Below, piece after piece: positions 49,356 through 58,572 of a stretch of DNA of 64,000 nucleotides. Below the pieces are notes generated by a model. That model worked only from the letters and a program-made list of their open reading frames with translations. It was not told the DNA's origin and searched no databases. The translations under genes and the position numbers were made by a program. The first letter of the stretch is position 1; every line of letters begins with the position of its first letter. The DNA comes from Candidatus Woesebacteria bacterium (GTDB taxonomy: Bacteria > Patescibacteriota > Microgenomatia > UBA1400 > UBA12108), in the NCBI GenBank assembly GCA_018060845.1, contig JAGOVG010000006.1, positions 3,502 through 67,501 on the forward strand. Reading direction: 5' to 3'.

Positions 49356-49619
49356 TCATTTTTTCAACCCGCCAAAATATGCATTCCAATCACTTTCACT
49401 GAGCTCCGATTTTAGTTGATCTTTTAGTTCGTTCGATGCCTGCAACAGTGCTTCAAGGTCATTGCATCCCAACGACTCTCCATAGACACCAATTAGCCCG
49501 TCATTAAGAAAGCCAAGAAGCGGGGCAAGATAGTTCGCTGTCCCGTGACGTTCTCTGGTAGGGTCATTGTCACGTTTCTGAATTATGTTTATCTTTGCTC
49601 TGAGTTCAATTAAATCCAT
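49356..49619 (-). CDS. Hypothetical protein (87 aa)
   Basis: ORF in AT-rich islet, same strand and immediately upstream of 48908..49273. Confidence 0.4.
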   Translation of the reverse strand: MDLIELRAKINIIQKRDNDPTRERHGTANYLAPLLGFLNDGLIGVYGESLGCNDLEALLQASNELKDQLKSELSESDWNAYFGGLKK

Positions 49620-49764
49620 TATTGTATTTTACATGCATACACAAGAGTCAGTGGTAATTTAATTTTCATAAATAGATCCAATGAGTAAAAAGTTGGGTAG
49701 TATACATTTAAACTAGAGATAGTGATGGTATAGTATATATAGCTAAAAATAAACAGGAGTAAGT

Positions 49765-50004
49765 ATGAAAAAAACCAATCTCAAAGAAAAAGTAACAGAG
49801 AGCTGCGGCGACTGCTGCGGATGTAACAAGAGGAGTGGCGGCGGAGAAAGTCCCATCTATGGGATTGGCCTAATCGGTGCAGCCTTTTATTTCCTCCCTG
49901 GCTCCGCTGGTCTCTCCGAATGGCTCTGGCACATTTTTCAGACCATCACCTGGCCTGGCTTTCTCGTTTATCACCTTCTTCAATTTATCGGGATGGGAAA
50001 ATAA
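49765..50004 (+). CDS. Small Cys-rich membrane protein (CGDCCGC N-terminal cluster)
   Basis: 79 aa; AGGAG upstream; 2 predicted TM helices; 4 nt before the next gene. Confidence 0.45.
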   Translation: MKKTNLKEKVTESCGDCCGCNKRSGGGESPIYGIGLIGAAFYFLPGSAGLSEWLWHIFQTITWPGFLVYHLLQFIGMGK

Positions 50005-50008
50005 GAAT

Positions 50009-51145
50009 ATGAAAAATATACTCCTCGCACTCTCACTCGCTATCGCTTTACTTTATGTCTCAGCTACGCCCGCACAGGCGAAAGTTCAGTACAGTGAGGG
50101 TGAAGTGATAATCGCCAAAAACGAGGTAGTCGCCGACGACCTCTATGTGGCTGGCAAAACCGTGCGTATCGAAGGTAGGGTAGAGGGCGATCTCTACGCC
50201 GCCGGCGAAAATATCTTTGTCACCGGCACTATTACTGGTGATACTACCGTCGTAGGTAGTGACATTACGATCGAAGGATCTATTGGTCAGGACGCTTATC
50301 TAGTCGGTCGCACACTCTCCCTCAATCGTGCAAAAGTCAGTGATTCTCTCCATATGGCAGGGCAAAATGTCACAGTCAGTGGTGACAGTCTGCTCGGTGG
50401 TTCATTCCTCGCTGTAGGCAACACGATCCGAAACGACGCAACCATCGCACGCTCCCTCATGCTTGCTGGCCGTAGCATCTACCACAACGCCCCTGTTCTA
50501 GGCGAAGTTAGGCTCGCCGGTGAGACAGTCACCCTAGGACCAAAAACTAGCATTAACAAAGATCTGACATACTTCCTCTCACCCGAAGATGGTAAGATCG
50601 ATAACCAGTCGAGTGTAAAAGGTAGTACGAACGTGGTAACAGAACCAGAAGAGTGGAAGCAAAATAGAACAGTCGATGAGCAAAATCGCCGCAACTTTGG
50701 CTACATTTGGCGCGCCTGGTCTTATGTAGGCATGCTATTGGTGGGTGGCATCATGCTTTGGTTGCTCAAAAAACCTCTAAATAACGCTGTCGACGCACTA
50801 CATAACAGCAGTCTAAGTGCACTCGGCTTTGGTCTGCTCATTGCGATTCTTACCCCACCTGCACTCCTCCTCCTCATGCTAACGGTGATTGGTATCCCAC
50901 TCGCCATGGTTGCACTACCGCTCTACTTAATCATGCTCTACATGGGTAAGATCGTCATTTCACTAGCACTTGCCCGCACACTATTTAGTGCGGCATCGTT
51001 TACCAAAGTGACACCTCTTTTTGAGTTATTTGTCGGTATTACCGTACTGCATTTAATCAAGCTAGTTCCCATGGGCGGTTACCTAATCTCCATGGTCGCA
51101 ACCTGGATTGGTGTCGGGGCAATCTATCTCTCACTTAAAAAATAA
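50009..51145 (+). CDS. Bactofilin-repeat (polymer-forming cytoskeletal-like) protein with signal peptide and C-terminal 4-TM domain
   Basis: MKNILLALSLAIALLYVSATPAQA signal; repeated GD(L/T)...G...V.G.I.GD beta-helix repeats; C-terminal hydrophobic domain; internal ATG of ORF 49877..51145. Confidence 0.55.
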   Translation: MKNILLALSLAIALLYVSATPAQAKVQYSEGEVIIAKNEVVADDLYVAGKTVRIEGRVEGDLYAAGENIFVTGTITGDTTVVGSDITIEGSIGQDAYLVGRTLSLNRAKVSDSLHMAGQNVTVSGDSLLGGSFLAVGNTIRNDATIARSLMLAGRSIYHNAPVLGEVRLAGETVTLGPKTSINKDLTYFLSPEDGKIDNQSSVKGSTNVVTEPEEWKQNRTVDEQNRRNFGYIWRAWSYVGMLLVGGIMLWLLKKPLNNAVDALHNSSLSALGFGLLIAILTPPALLLLMLTVIGIPLAMVALPLYLIMLYMGKIVISLALARTLFSAASFTKVTPLFELFVGITVLHLIKLVPMGGYLISMVATWIGVGAIYLSLKK

Positions 51146-51157
51146 AAAAACTAAAAT

Positions 51158-51694
51158 TTAGAGTTCGCTAGGGTGTGGCTCTGGGGGCATAAATTCATCG
51201 CCCTCTGGTGTCTTGGCATAGTCATCTACCTTTAGCCATTGTACATAGGTACAGCCTGTGGCCTGTTTGTTTTCACGATCCCATCCGGCGGTACTACACT
51301 TCTTCATTTTCTTGCCGGCAGCTGTTGTATAAAGAACTAGTTTCTGACCGCACTCTGGGCAGTCTTCATCTAACTTTTCTGTGGTGCCATTGATCCACTC
51401 GATATAGTCACAGCCCTCTGCTTTTTTCGTATCTTTGTTCCAGACATTGGTACTGCACTTCTTCATTTTTTTACCAAAACGGGTAACGTTTAAGACTAGT
51501 GGGGATCCGCATTTGGGACATTTTTCATCTAGCTCCTGTGGTTTTACTTCGAGCCATTTCACGTAGTCACAGCCCTCATTTTTTTTGGTCTCAGGGTTCC
51601 AGCTGCCTGCACTGCAGCGCTGTAGCTCCCTACCTGTCTTGGTTGTTGTGACTGGTGATAGTTCTGATCCACATTTTGGACATTTGTCTTCCAT
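51158..51694 (-). CDS. Protein of three tandem topoisomerase-type C4 zinc ribbons
   Basis: Three repeats of CP(K/E)CG..L.......GK....CS...W.......GC.Y..W. Confidence 0.6.
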   Translation of the reverse strand: MEDKCPKCGSELSPVTTTKTGRELQRCSAGSWNPETKKNEGCDYVKWLEVKPQELDEKCPKCGSPLVLNVTRFGKKMKKCSTNVWNKDTKKAEGCDYIEWINGTTEKLDEDCPECGQKLVLYTTAAGKKMKKCSTAGWDRENKQATGCTYVQWLKVDDYAKTPEGDEFMPPEPHPSEL

Positions 51695-51743
51695 AGTCTT
51701 CTACTATAACACATGAATGATTGGGGAGGTACAATAGTCTTAT

Positions 51744-52526
51744 ATGAAAAAAGACTCAAACTGGGTAGTCGTAACCGGAGCTAGTAGTGGGATCGGTCTC
51801 GAGTTTGCCCGTATCTTTGCCCGCAACCAGGTCAACCTAGCGCTCGTTGCCCGCAATGTTAACGCGCTAAACTCTTTGTCAAAAGAATTAAAGACTAACT
51901 ACAAGATCAAAGTACTTGTTTATGAACTAGATCTCTCTGTGATCTCAAATGTCGAGGCGCTAGTGACGGATCTGGATAAGCGCAAAATCAAACCAAAGTA
52001 TTTGATCAACAATGCCGGCTTTGGTGACTTTGGCACTTTCAAAGAGACCAGTTGGGACAAAGAGTTAAAGATGATCAATGTAAATATTATTGCCCTAACG
52101 TACCTTACCAAAATGTTTATTACTCGCATGTTAGGGGGTGAGCGTTCATATATCGTCAACGTCGCTAGTGGTGCCGCATTTCAGCCAGGCCCACTCATGG
52201 CTGTCTACTTTGCCACCAAATCGTATGTACTCCATCTATCCGAAGCCGTATCCGAGGAGTTATCAGGGTCTAATATTACTGTTACTACCTTATGTCCTGG
52301 TCCGACTCAATCTAACTTTTGGTCGGTCGCTGGTAAAGATAAAACCTTTGGGATCATGGGGCGCATGCCCACCTCCAAACAGGTCGCAGAGTTCGGATAT
52401 CAGGCGATGCTCGACTCACGACGTGTTGCAGTCTATAGCTGGACTAACCGGCTCGGGGTCCTCTTGGTTCGCTTCCTCCCGCGCTCATGGGTCACCAAAG
52501 CTATCCTCTATGCCCAATCTACCTAA
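51744..52526 (+). CDS. SDR-family oxidoreductase
   Basis: TGASSGIG Rossmann motif, NNAG, YxxxK. Confidence 0.8.
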   Translation: MKKDSNWVVVTGASSGIGLEFARIFARNQVNLALVARNVNALNSLSKELKTNYKIKVLVYELDLSVISNVEALVTDLDKRKIKPKYLINNAGFGDFGTFKETSWDKELKMINVNIIALTYLTKMFITRMLGGERSYIVNVASGAAFQPGPLMAVYFATKSYVLHLSEAVSEELSGSNITVTTLCPGPTQSNFWSVAGKDKTFGIMGRMPTSKQVAEFGYQAMLDSRRVAVYSWTNRLGVLLVRFLPRSWVTKAILYAQST

Positions 52527-52770
52527 TAGCTCGTACTGGGTCTATGTCCTCCTATGTCAGGGTGATAAATACTACACCGGTATTACAAAAGACGTCGCCA
52601 AGCGCTTTGCGCTACACTTGAGTGGTCGGGGAGCTAAATTTACCCGCAGTTTCCCCCCTGTCCGAGTCGTATATTCTGAGAACTGTGTAGACAAATCTTC
52701 TGCTCTCAAGCGTGAGCACGAACTAAAACAACTCTCGCATGATCAAAAATCTAGACTAGAGTTAGGTTAA
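52510..52770 (+). CDS. GIY-YIG nuclease domain protein (UPF0213/YhbQ-like)
   Basis: WVYVLLC...KYYTGIT...RF..H..G.GAKFT...P...VYSE pattern; start at internal ATG of the long ORF 52138..52770, overlapping the SDR stop by 17 nt. Confidence 0.65.
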   Translation: MPNLPNSSYWVYVLLCQGDKYYTGITKDVAKRFALHLSGRGAKFTRSFPPVRVVYSENCVDKSSALKREHELKQLSHDQKSRLELG

Positions 52771-53387
52771 AAACCGAGATCTTCTTTGACTAAGACTACG
52801 TGAATTCGGTTTGGAGTAAACTCATTATTCATGATTAGTAGTTTGCTAATATTACTACCCTCTACGCCATAAGCGATACGTGCTCGCTCGGACTCGAGTG
52901 GTAGAACATACTCGTTTAGTCGCTTCATTGCTTCGTCTAGGGTACTACTAATTTTTTGAGCACCTATTACCCAGATCACTTTTTCAGCTCCATATGCATA
53001 GGCGGGGAGTTGGCTACCAGTTGCTGAGGCTATAATAAGCTGTCCATCAACAGTCACGCCGTGTACGCTACCTATAGCAACTGCTGGTGCTGCGCCCATT
53101 TCCTGCATTTCTCTGCTCTGGGTTGAGCGATCCATGCTCATAAGTTTATTTTTTAGCGATACATATTCACTAGAGCCGCCATTAACAGCTTCTGCAACAC
53201 CTATTTCGTCGAGTGTTTTAGAGGTCATGGTCATTACCTCTGCGCCTTTATCAATCAAAGCCAGTACGGCACTCTTTGCTTCCTCTTTGGATTCGACTAT
53301 CTGGGTAGCAAAGCCACGCTTGCTTAGCTCTTCTGCAGTCTTGTTAATAATTACTTGGTTTGGGATTTGTTTATAGTTCATATGCAT
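52767..53387 (-). CDS. LUD-domain (LutC/YkgG-like) protein
   Basis: 206 aa matching the DUF162/LUD family pattern. Confidence 0.5.
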   Translation of the reverse strand: MHMNYKQIPNQVIINKTAEELSKRGFATQIVESKEEAKSAVLALIDKGAEVMTMTSKTLDEIGVAEAVNGGSSEYVSLKNKLMSMDRSTQSREMQEMGAAPAVAIGSVHGVTVDGQLIIASATGSQLPAYAYGAEKVIWVIGAQKISSTLDEAMKRLNEYVLPLESERARIAYGVEGSNISKLLIMNNEFTPNRIHVVLVKEDLGF

Positions 53388-53448
53388 GCATCATAGTCTC
53401 ATACATCCATATTGACAAGTACACACAATATAGTAGTATACATACCAT

Positions 53449-53760
53449 ATGGATACCAATAAACTAAGTTGTGGTGGTGTCGAGACCACTCTTCGTGTAA
53501 TAGGTGGCAAATGGAAGCCGCTCATCCTCTACCTCCTCAGAGAGGGGAGTCTGCGCTATAGTGAGCTCCAAAAGAACATCGAAAAAATCACTCAAAAAAT
53601 GTTAACTCAGCAGCTTAGGCAGCTGGAGCTAGATGGGCTAATTAGTCGCAAAGTCTACCCTGTCATCCCGCCTAGGGTCGAATATTCACTAACTACTAAA
53701 GGGCGCTCACTTCTGCCACTACTCAAGAGCATGGCAGAGTGGGGTAGTGGTCACAAATAA
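53449..53760 (+). CDS. HxlR-family transcriptional regulator
   Basis: C..V...L...GGKWK..IL..L..G..RYSEL wHTH signature. Confidence 0.8.
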   Translation: MDTNKLSCGGVETTLRVIGGKWKPLILYLLREGSLRYSELQKNIEKITQKMLTQQLRQLELDGLISRKVYPVIPPRVEYSLTTKGRSLLPLLKSMAEWGSGHK

Positions 53761-53787
53761 CAAATCAAGATACAGACAGTACTGATT

Positions 53788-54234
53788 TTACTTAGCTTGT
53801 TGTCCGCGCATCATAGGATTGAACTCTATCGACTTAGCAGTCATCGTCCCATCGCTATTATTCTCACCAAACACAGCTATTTTTTCGCCTATCACTGCTT
53901 TGGTCGAGTCTGTACCAGAGCTAAGGGTATATTTTGTCTCACTATTTACCAAAATAAATTTTGAGCTACCATCTGTCAGTTTGATCGTAATTCCATTATC
54001 ATCTTTTGCACTGATTTCACCGTTAACAGCACCTCCCATCATGACTGAGCCAGGGTTACTTTTCACTCCCATACCGGCTTCTCTACCTCGCATAGATGCA
54101 TTACTTCTATCACTTCTTTGCATTCTAGAGTAATTTTCACCTTGCTTCTTCTGATAGTACACTCCACCAAAGAATCCAATAGTTACTGCAAATACTATAA
54201 CTAGACCAAGAGTCAACTTGCTATTATCTTTCAT
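53788..54234 (-). CDS. Membrane-anchored hypothetical protein (DUF5666-like beta domain)
   Basis: N-terminal TM; ISAKDDNGITIKLTDGSSKFILVNSETKY...GEKIAVFGENNSDGTMTAKSIE pattern. Confidence 0.45.
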   Translation of the reverse strand: MKDNSKLTLGLVIVFAVTIGFFGGVYYQKKQGENYSRMQRSDRSNASMRGREAGMGVKSNPGSVMMGGAVNGEISAKDDNGITIKLTDGSSKFILVNSETKYTLSSGTDSTKAVIGEKIAVFGENNSDGTMTAKSIEFNPMMRGQQAK

Positions 54235-54302
54235 AACCCTCCTAACATTTATCTAATAAATACATTGTAAATATGAAACCTGAAACTAAGCTGAATAATC
54301 AC

Positions 54303-55538
54303 TTATTCGTAGCGTAATGCCTCTATTGGTTGTAGTAGCGAAGCACGCTTTGCAGGATACCACCCAAAAACCAAACCAATAATAGCCGAAGTCAAAAATG
54401 CCAACCCTATCGCCGATGTTGAAATAATAAATAACGAATTTTGTAGCTTGGCATATGCAAAAGCAAGGACTACCCCAACCAATATGCCAATGACTCCACC
54501 CACAAAAGTTAACACAATTGCTTCAAATAAAAACTGCGTAATGATTAGTCTATCCTTTGCTCCCAGTGCTTTTCTTAGGCCGATTTCTCTCGTCCGCTCT
54601 GTAACTGTAACTAGCATTATGTTCATAATACCAATCCCACCAACGAGTAGTGAGATTGCCGCAACTCCAGAGAGTAAGCTAGTAAGTGTGCCCGTTACCG
54701 AGCTAACAGTTTCTAGCATGTCTGCAGAGTTACGTATATTAAAATCAGCTTTTGTTGGTTCACTAATACCGTGCCGCGATAGCAGGGTATATCCTATTTG
54801 ATTCATTGCCATGATCATCACATCAGAGCTCTTTGCTTCGACCAAAATAGAACTTACGTACTTTACTCCAAATAGTTTCTTTTGCGCCGTGCTGATAGGG
54901 ATATATATGACATCATCTTGGTTGTTAACCCCACTACTCCCTTTCTCTTTAGTCACTCCTATCACATTAAAACTTAAGTTACCAATCCTAATTACTTCTC
55001 CAATTATATTTTCAACTACCACGTCGTCCCCAAATAATGACTGAACAACAGTAGGTCCAAGTACAGCTACATTGGTAATCCCACTAACATCGCTATCTGA
55101 TAAAAAAGCTCCGCTCTCTATGGAAATATTTCGGACACTAGCATAATCGGGTGTTACCCCAGTTATAGTGGTATTCGTATTACTGTCGCTATATACTACC
55201 TGAGATCTCGCACTATAAACCGGAGCTACTGTCTCGATCGCACTCAAACTATCGTCATTAGCTAACGCCAGCGCGTCACCATAGGTAAGTGTAGTCCCGC
55301 CGCCAGTAGCACCTCGCACTAGTCCGCCCGTGCGTGCCGCACCAGGATTAACTGTAAGCAAATTAACTCCAAGTGAATTTATGCTATTCGTGATGGATTG
55401 CTGACTAGCCTCGCCAATTGATAGTAGAGCAATAACGCTCGCGATCCCGATCACAATACCTAGTATTGCTAGACCAGTTCGCATTTTATTTAATAGTAGT
55501 GTGGAAGTACTTTCTTTTAGTATTTCAAAGTAGTTCAC
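54303..55538 (-). CDS. ABC transporter permease, MacB/FtsX family
   Basis: N-terminal TM, large periplasmic domain, C-terminal FtsX 3-TM bundle. Confidence 0.8.
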   Translation of the reverse strand: MNYFEILKESTSTLLLNKMRTGLAILGIVIGIASVIALLSIGEASQQSITNSINSLGVNLLTVNPGAARTGGLVRGATGGGTTLTYGDALALANDDSLSAIETVAPVYSARSQVVYSDSNTNTTITGVTPDYASVRNISIESGAFLSDSDVSGITNVAVLGPTVVQSLFGDDVVVENIIGEVIRIGNLSFNVIGVTKEKGSSGVNNQDDVIYIPISTAQKKLFGVKYVSSILVEAKSSDVMIMAMNQIGYTLLSRHGISEPTKADFNIRNSADMLETVSSVTGTLTSLLSGVAAISLLVGGIGIMNIMLVTVTERTREIGLRKALGAKDRLIITQFLFEAIVLTFVGGVIGILVGVVLAFAYAKLQNSLFIISTSAIGLAFLTSAIIGLVFGWYPAKRASLLQPIEALRYE

Positions 55539-56245
55539 CGAGACCTCCTCTTATCACTTACCAATCTCCCATCTCTGATTGTAATTACTCTTCTCGCGTA
55601 AGCAGCAATATCTGGTTCATGCGTTATCATTACTATCGTATGACCTCTTTTATTTAAGTCATTAAATATTTGCATAATTTCTTCTGCTTGGTTACTCGCA
55701 ATATTACCTGTTGGCTCGTCCGCTAATATAATTGCTGGATCCATAGATAAGGCACGCGCTATCGCCACGCGCTGTTGTTGACCGCCTGACAGTTGGTTAG
55801 TGAGGTGTTCTAGCCTATCTCCGAGCCCTACTAGTTCTAGATACTTTGTTGCTCTTGTCGTAGCTTCTTCTTTTGGCACCTCGCCATATCGCATGGGTAG
55901 CATGACGTTTTTTAATGCTGAGGTTCTCGCCAGCAAGTTGTATGCCTGAAAAACAAATCCGATGTGTATGTTGCGAATCTCTGCTAGCTCGTCTTTAGAC
56001 ATCGAAGCAACATCCATGCCATCTAATAAGTATGTGCCACTAGTTGGCTTATCTAGTGCTCCGATTATATGCATCAAAGTGCTTTTCCCAGAACCAGATG
56101 GTCCCATGATCGCTACATATTCTCCCCGTTTCACTTCAAAACTAACAGAATCCAGCGCGACAGTTTCTACTTCACTCACTTTATAGATTTTCGAAATATT
56201 TGATAGCCTAATAACTAATTCTACTTTTTGTTGTTTCTTAGGCAT
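55535..56245 (-). CDS. ABC transporter ATP-binding protein (MacB/LolD type)
   Basis: Walker A GPSGSGKST, signature LSGGQQQRVAIARAL, Walker B ILADEPTG; ATG 1 nt after the MFP stop. Confidence 0.85.
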   Translation of the reverse strand: MPKKQQKVELVIRLSNISKIYKVSEVETVALDSVSFEVKRGEYVAIMGPSGSGKSTLMHIIGALDKPTSGTYLLDGMDVASMSKDELAEIRNIHIGFVFQAYNLLARTSALKNVMLPMRYGEVPKEEATTRATKYLELVGLGDRLEHLTNQLSGGQQQRVAIARALSMDPAIILADEPTGNIASNQAEEIMQIFNDLNKRGHTIVMITHEPDIAAYARRVITIRDGRLVSDKRRSR

Positions 56246-56246
56246 A

Positions 56247-57533
56247 TCAAAATCCTGGACCACCTATAGGCATGCTAACTGCCCCAGTCCCACTTCTACC
56301 CGTGCTTTGTCTAGAGCTACTAAATGCCGAACTACTATTATTGTTCTTTTCAGAGCTCGCTGAGCTCGTAATCACCACATCGCCTTCGCTAACACCACTA
56401 GTGATGACTGTCTGTGTTCCATTGTTATCGCCGATTTCGATTTGCGAACTTTTTGCCTCACCATTCACTAGTAGTTCAATACTACTCACTCCATCCTTAG
56501 TTGTGATAGACGAACTTGGTGCTAGTAAGACGTCAGATACGCTACTAATTATGATATTCGCGCTAACACTCATATTAGGGTAGATTGATAACTCTGTCGG
56601 GTCCATAACAATCGTTGCAGGGTAACTACTAACGCCTGAGCTACTATTTCCAGAGATATCAACTGCCAGTACTCTACCCGTAAAGCTTTTGTCGTTATGT
56701 GCGTCTAGAGTTAAGACAACTTTTTGTCCTGCCACTACTCTTGGTGCATCCACCTCCGTCAGGTTAACTTTTGCTAAGTATTCATTGCTACTACTTCTAA
56801 CAAACCCAATATTTTGTGAGCTTGCAAAATTTGCCCCGCTCGTACTGCTTTGCGTCGAACTAGCTGTAAGGGTACTGCCTGCTGTTAAAGTTAAGTTATT
56901 AACAATACCATCCGCCGGGGCTACAATATTACCGCTCACATCTAGATAATCAGTGTATGCCGCAGTCTCATTGATTCGAGAAGCAGCTATTGTATTATCT
57001 GAGTGAGAGTATTTGTCTGCGATGACATCAAAGGCTAGTTTTGTAGATGAAATGCTAAGTTCAGTTTTGCTTTTTTCTGAATCGTTATAATCGTTTGGGT
57101 GAAGTTTCATATCCTCAAGCTTTTCTTCCGCATCTAGTATTGCTTGTTTTTTGTCCCATACTTCAATCTCTAGTTCCTTTTTTTCTAGTATCGATTGAGT
57201 CACTTTTTCCTTGGCCAATAAATATTCACTCCATGCTGTAGTCTTTCGCTCTACTCCCTCTGAGTCTAGCGTAATAGTTATCAGTTTATCTCCTTTTTTT
57301 ACTAGGTCACCATTTTTTACATAGACTGACTTAACTATTCCACTAGCTTTTGTAGATATGTTAGTAGTATTTCCGGTACTAATATTTCCGCTAGTTGATA
57401 TTGAGCTAACCAGTGTGCCCTTCTTCACTTCCACTGTACTGTAGCTTACTTCTTTACTCTCACTCCCTAGGTATATGTAACCAAAGACAGATAGTCCAAT
57501 TATGGTAATAACTATTAGCAACTTCTTAAGCAC
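56247..57533 (-). CDS. HlyD-family periplasmic adaptor (membrane fusion protein) with Ser-rich C-terminal tail
   Basis: N-terminal TM, biotinyl-lipoyl-like hairpin, coiled coil, beta-barrel; low-complexity tail. Confidence 0.7.
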   Translation of the reverse strand: MLKKLLIVITIIGLSVFGYIYLGSESKEVSYSTVEVKKGTLVSSISTSGNISTGNTTNISTKASGIVKSVYVKNGDLVKKGDKLITITLDSEGVERKTTAWSEYLLAKEKVTQSILEKKELEIEVWDKKQAILDAEEKLEDMKLHPNDYNDSEKSKTELSISSTKLAFDVIADKYSHSDNTIAASRINETAAYTDYLDVSGNIVAPADGIVNNLTLTAGSTLTASSTQSSTSGANFASSQNIGFVRSSSNEYLAKVNLTEVDAPRVVAGQKVVLTLDAHNDKSFTGRVLAVDISGNSSSGVSSYPATIVMDPTELSIYPNMSVSANIIISSVSDVLLAPSSSITTKDGVSSIELLVNGEAKSSQIEIGDNNGTQTVITSGVSEGDVVITSSASSEKNNNSSSAFSSSRQSTGRSGTGAVSMPIGGPGF

Positions 57534-57588
57534 GCCAACCCTCCACTTATTATAACTACAAGTCCATTATGCTAATTGTTGCTGAAAC

Positions 57589-58569
57589 TTAGCTGACATC
57601 GTCTAGGGATATCTCTACAGTCGTGCCTTGTTTGAGTTTACTAGTAATTTTCAATTCTCCCTTATGAGCAGTTATGATTTTTTGAGCAATAGATAGCCCT
57701 AGTCCATATCCATCTTTACTACGAGCCATATCACTCCGATAGAAACGATCTGTCACTTGGTCTATCTCGCTCATTTTTATGCCCATCCCATGATCTGTAA
57801 TAATAATAAATAACCTATTCTTCTTTGTAATAAGCGATATATCAATCTCGGTCTTTGCGGAGCTATACTTTATTGCGTTATCCAGGATCGCAGTTAATGC
57901 TGATTGCATCATAGTCAAGTTGCCAATAAATACTGCCTTATCATCAATATGTGCATTGATCATTATTTTTTTAAGTTTAGCTAGAGGTGAGACTTCTTTT
58001 AACGCTCCTTGTATTACGTCTCGTGCCTTTACTCTGACAAATTCTTTTGCATCTGTATTATTTGAAAGTTCAAGTAAGCTTTCACTTAAGTTCTGCAAAC
58101 GAATTACATCTTCTAAATTGCCTTGCAAATAGCTTCGTGCAGCAGCGATTTTTAGCTTAGGATCTCTTAGAGCTACCTCCAAGCTACTACGCATCGCAGT
58201 GATTGGAGTTCTCAAATCATGACTAGCGTTAGTTATAAACAGTTTTTGTTCCTCTACCATCTCCTCAATAGGTTTTAGAGTGCGACCTGCGAGGTAGTAT
58301 CCACCGAGTCCCGCGCCAGCCAGGATTATCACATTGATTCCAACTAATGTTCTCACTAATCTAATCCGAGTTTCCTCCACCATCTCTTTTGTTAGTTGCG
58401 GTGGGGCAGGGTACCCAAACTCTAGTTCCATCCTGCCAATTCTCCTGTTCGCAAGTCGTCCTAACTCTAAGTTTATACTTCGATAAATAATTGCCGAAAA
58501 CGCACCTGATATCAACATTATTATTAGTAGATACCAAAGACTAAGTTTAACTCTTGCATGTTGAAACAT
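57589..58569 (-). CDS. Sensor histidine kinase
   Basis: 2 TM helices; H-box SHDLRTP; HATPase G-boxes (DHGMGI, GYGLGLSI). Confidence 0.85.
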   Translation of the reverse strand: MFQHARVKLSLWYLLIIMLISGAFSAIIYRSINLELGRLANRRIGRMELEFGYPAPPQLTKEMVEETRIRLVRTLVGINVIILAGAGLGGYYLAGRTLKPIEEMVEEQKLFITNASHDLRTPITAMRSSLEVALRDPKLKIAAARSYLQGNLEDVIRLQNLSESLLELSNNTDAKEFVRVKARDVIQGALKEVSPLAKLKKIMINAHIDDKAVFIGNLTMMQSALTAILDNAIKYSSAKTEIDISLITKKNRLFIIITDHGMGIKMSEIDQVTDRFYRSDMARSKDGYGLGLSIAQKIITAHKGELKITSKLKQGTTVEISLDDVS

Positions 58570-58572
58570 AAC

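Noticed and set aside
49877-50008. N-terminal extension of the bactofilin-repeat ORF overlapping the small Cys-rich gene
   Set aside because: The in-frame ATG at 50009 gives a canonical signal peptide and follows the small gene stop; the extension is a frame-overlap artefact.
52138-52509. 5' two-thirds of long ORF 52138..52770
   Set aside because: This part overlaps the SDR gene in another frame; only the C-terminal 86 aa (from ATG 52510) show the GIY-YIG signature, so the upstream extension is treated as non-coding read-through of the frame.
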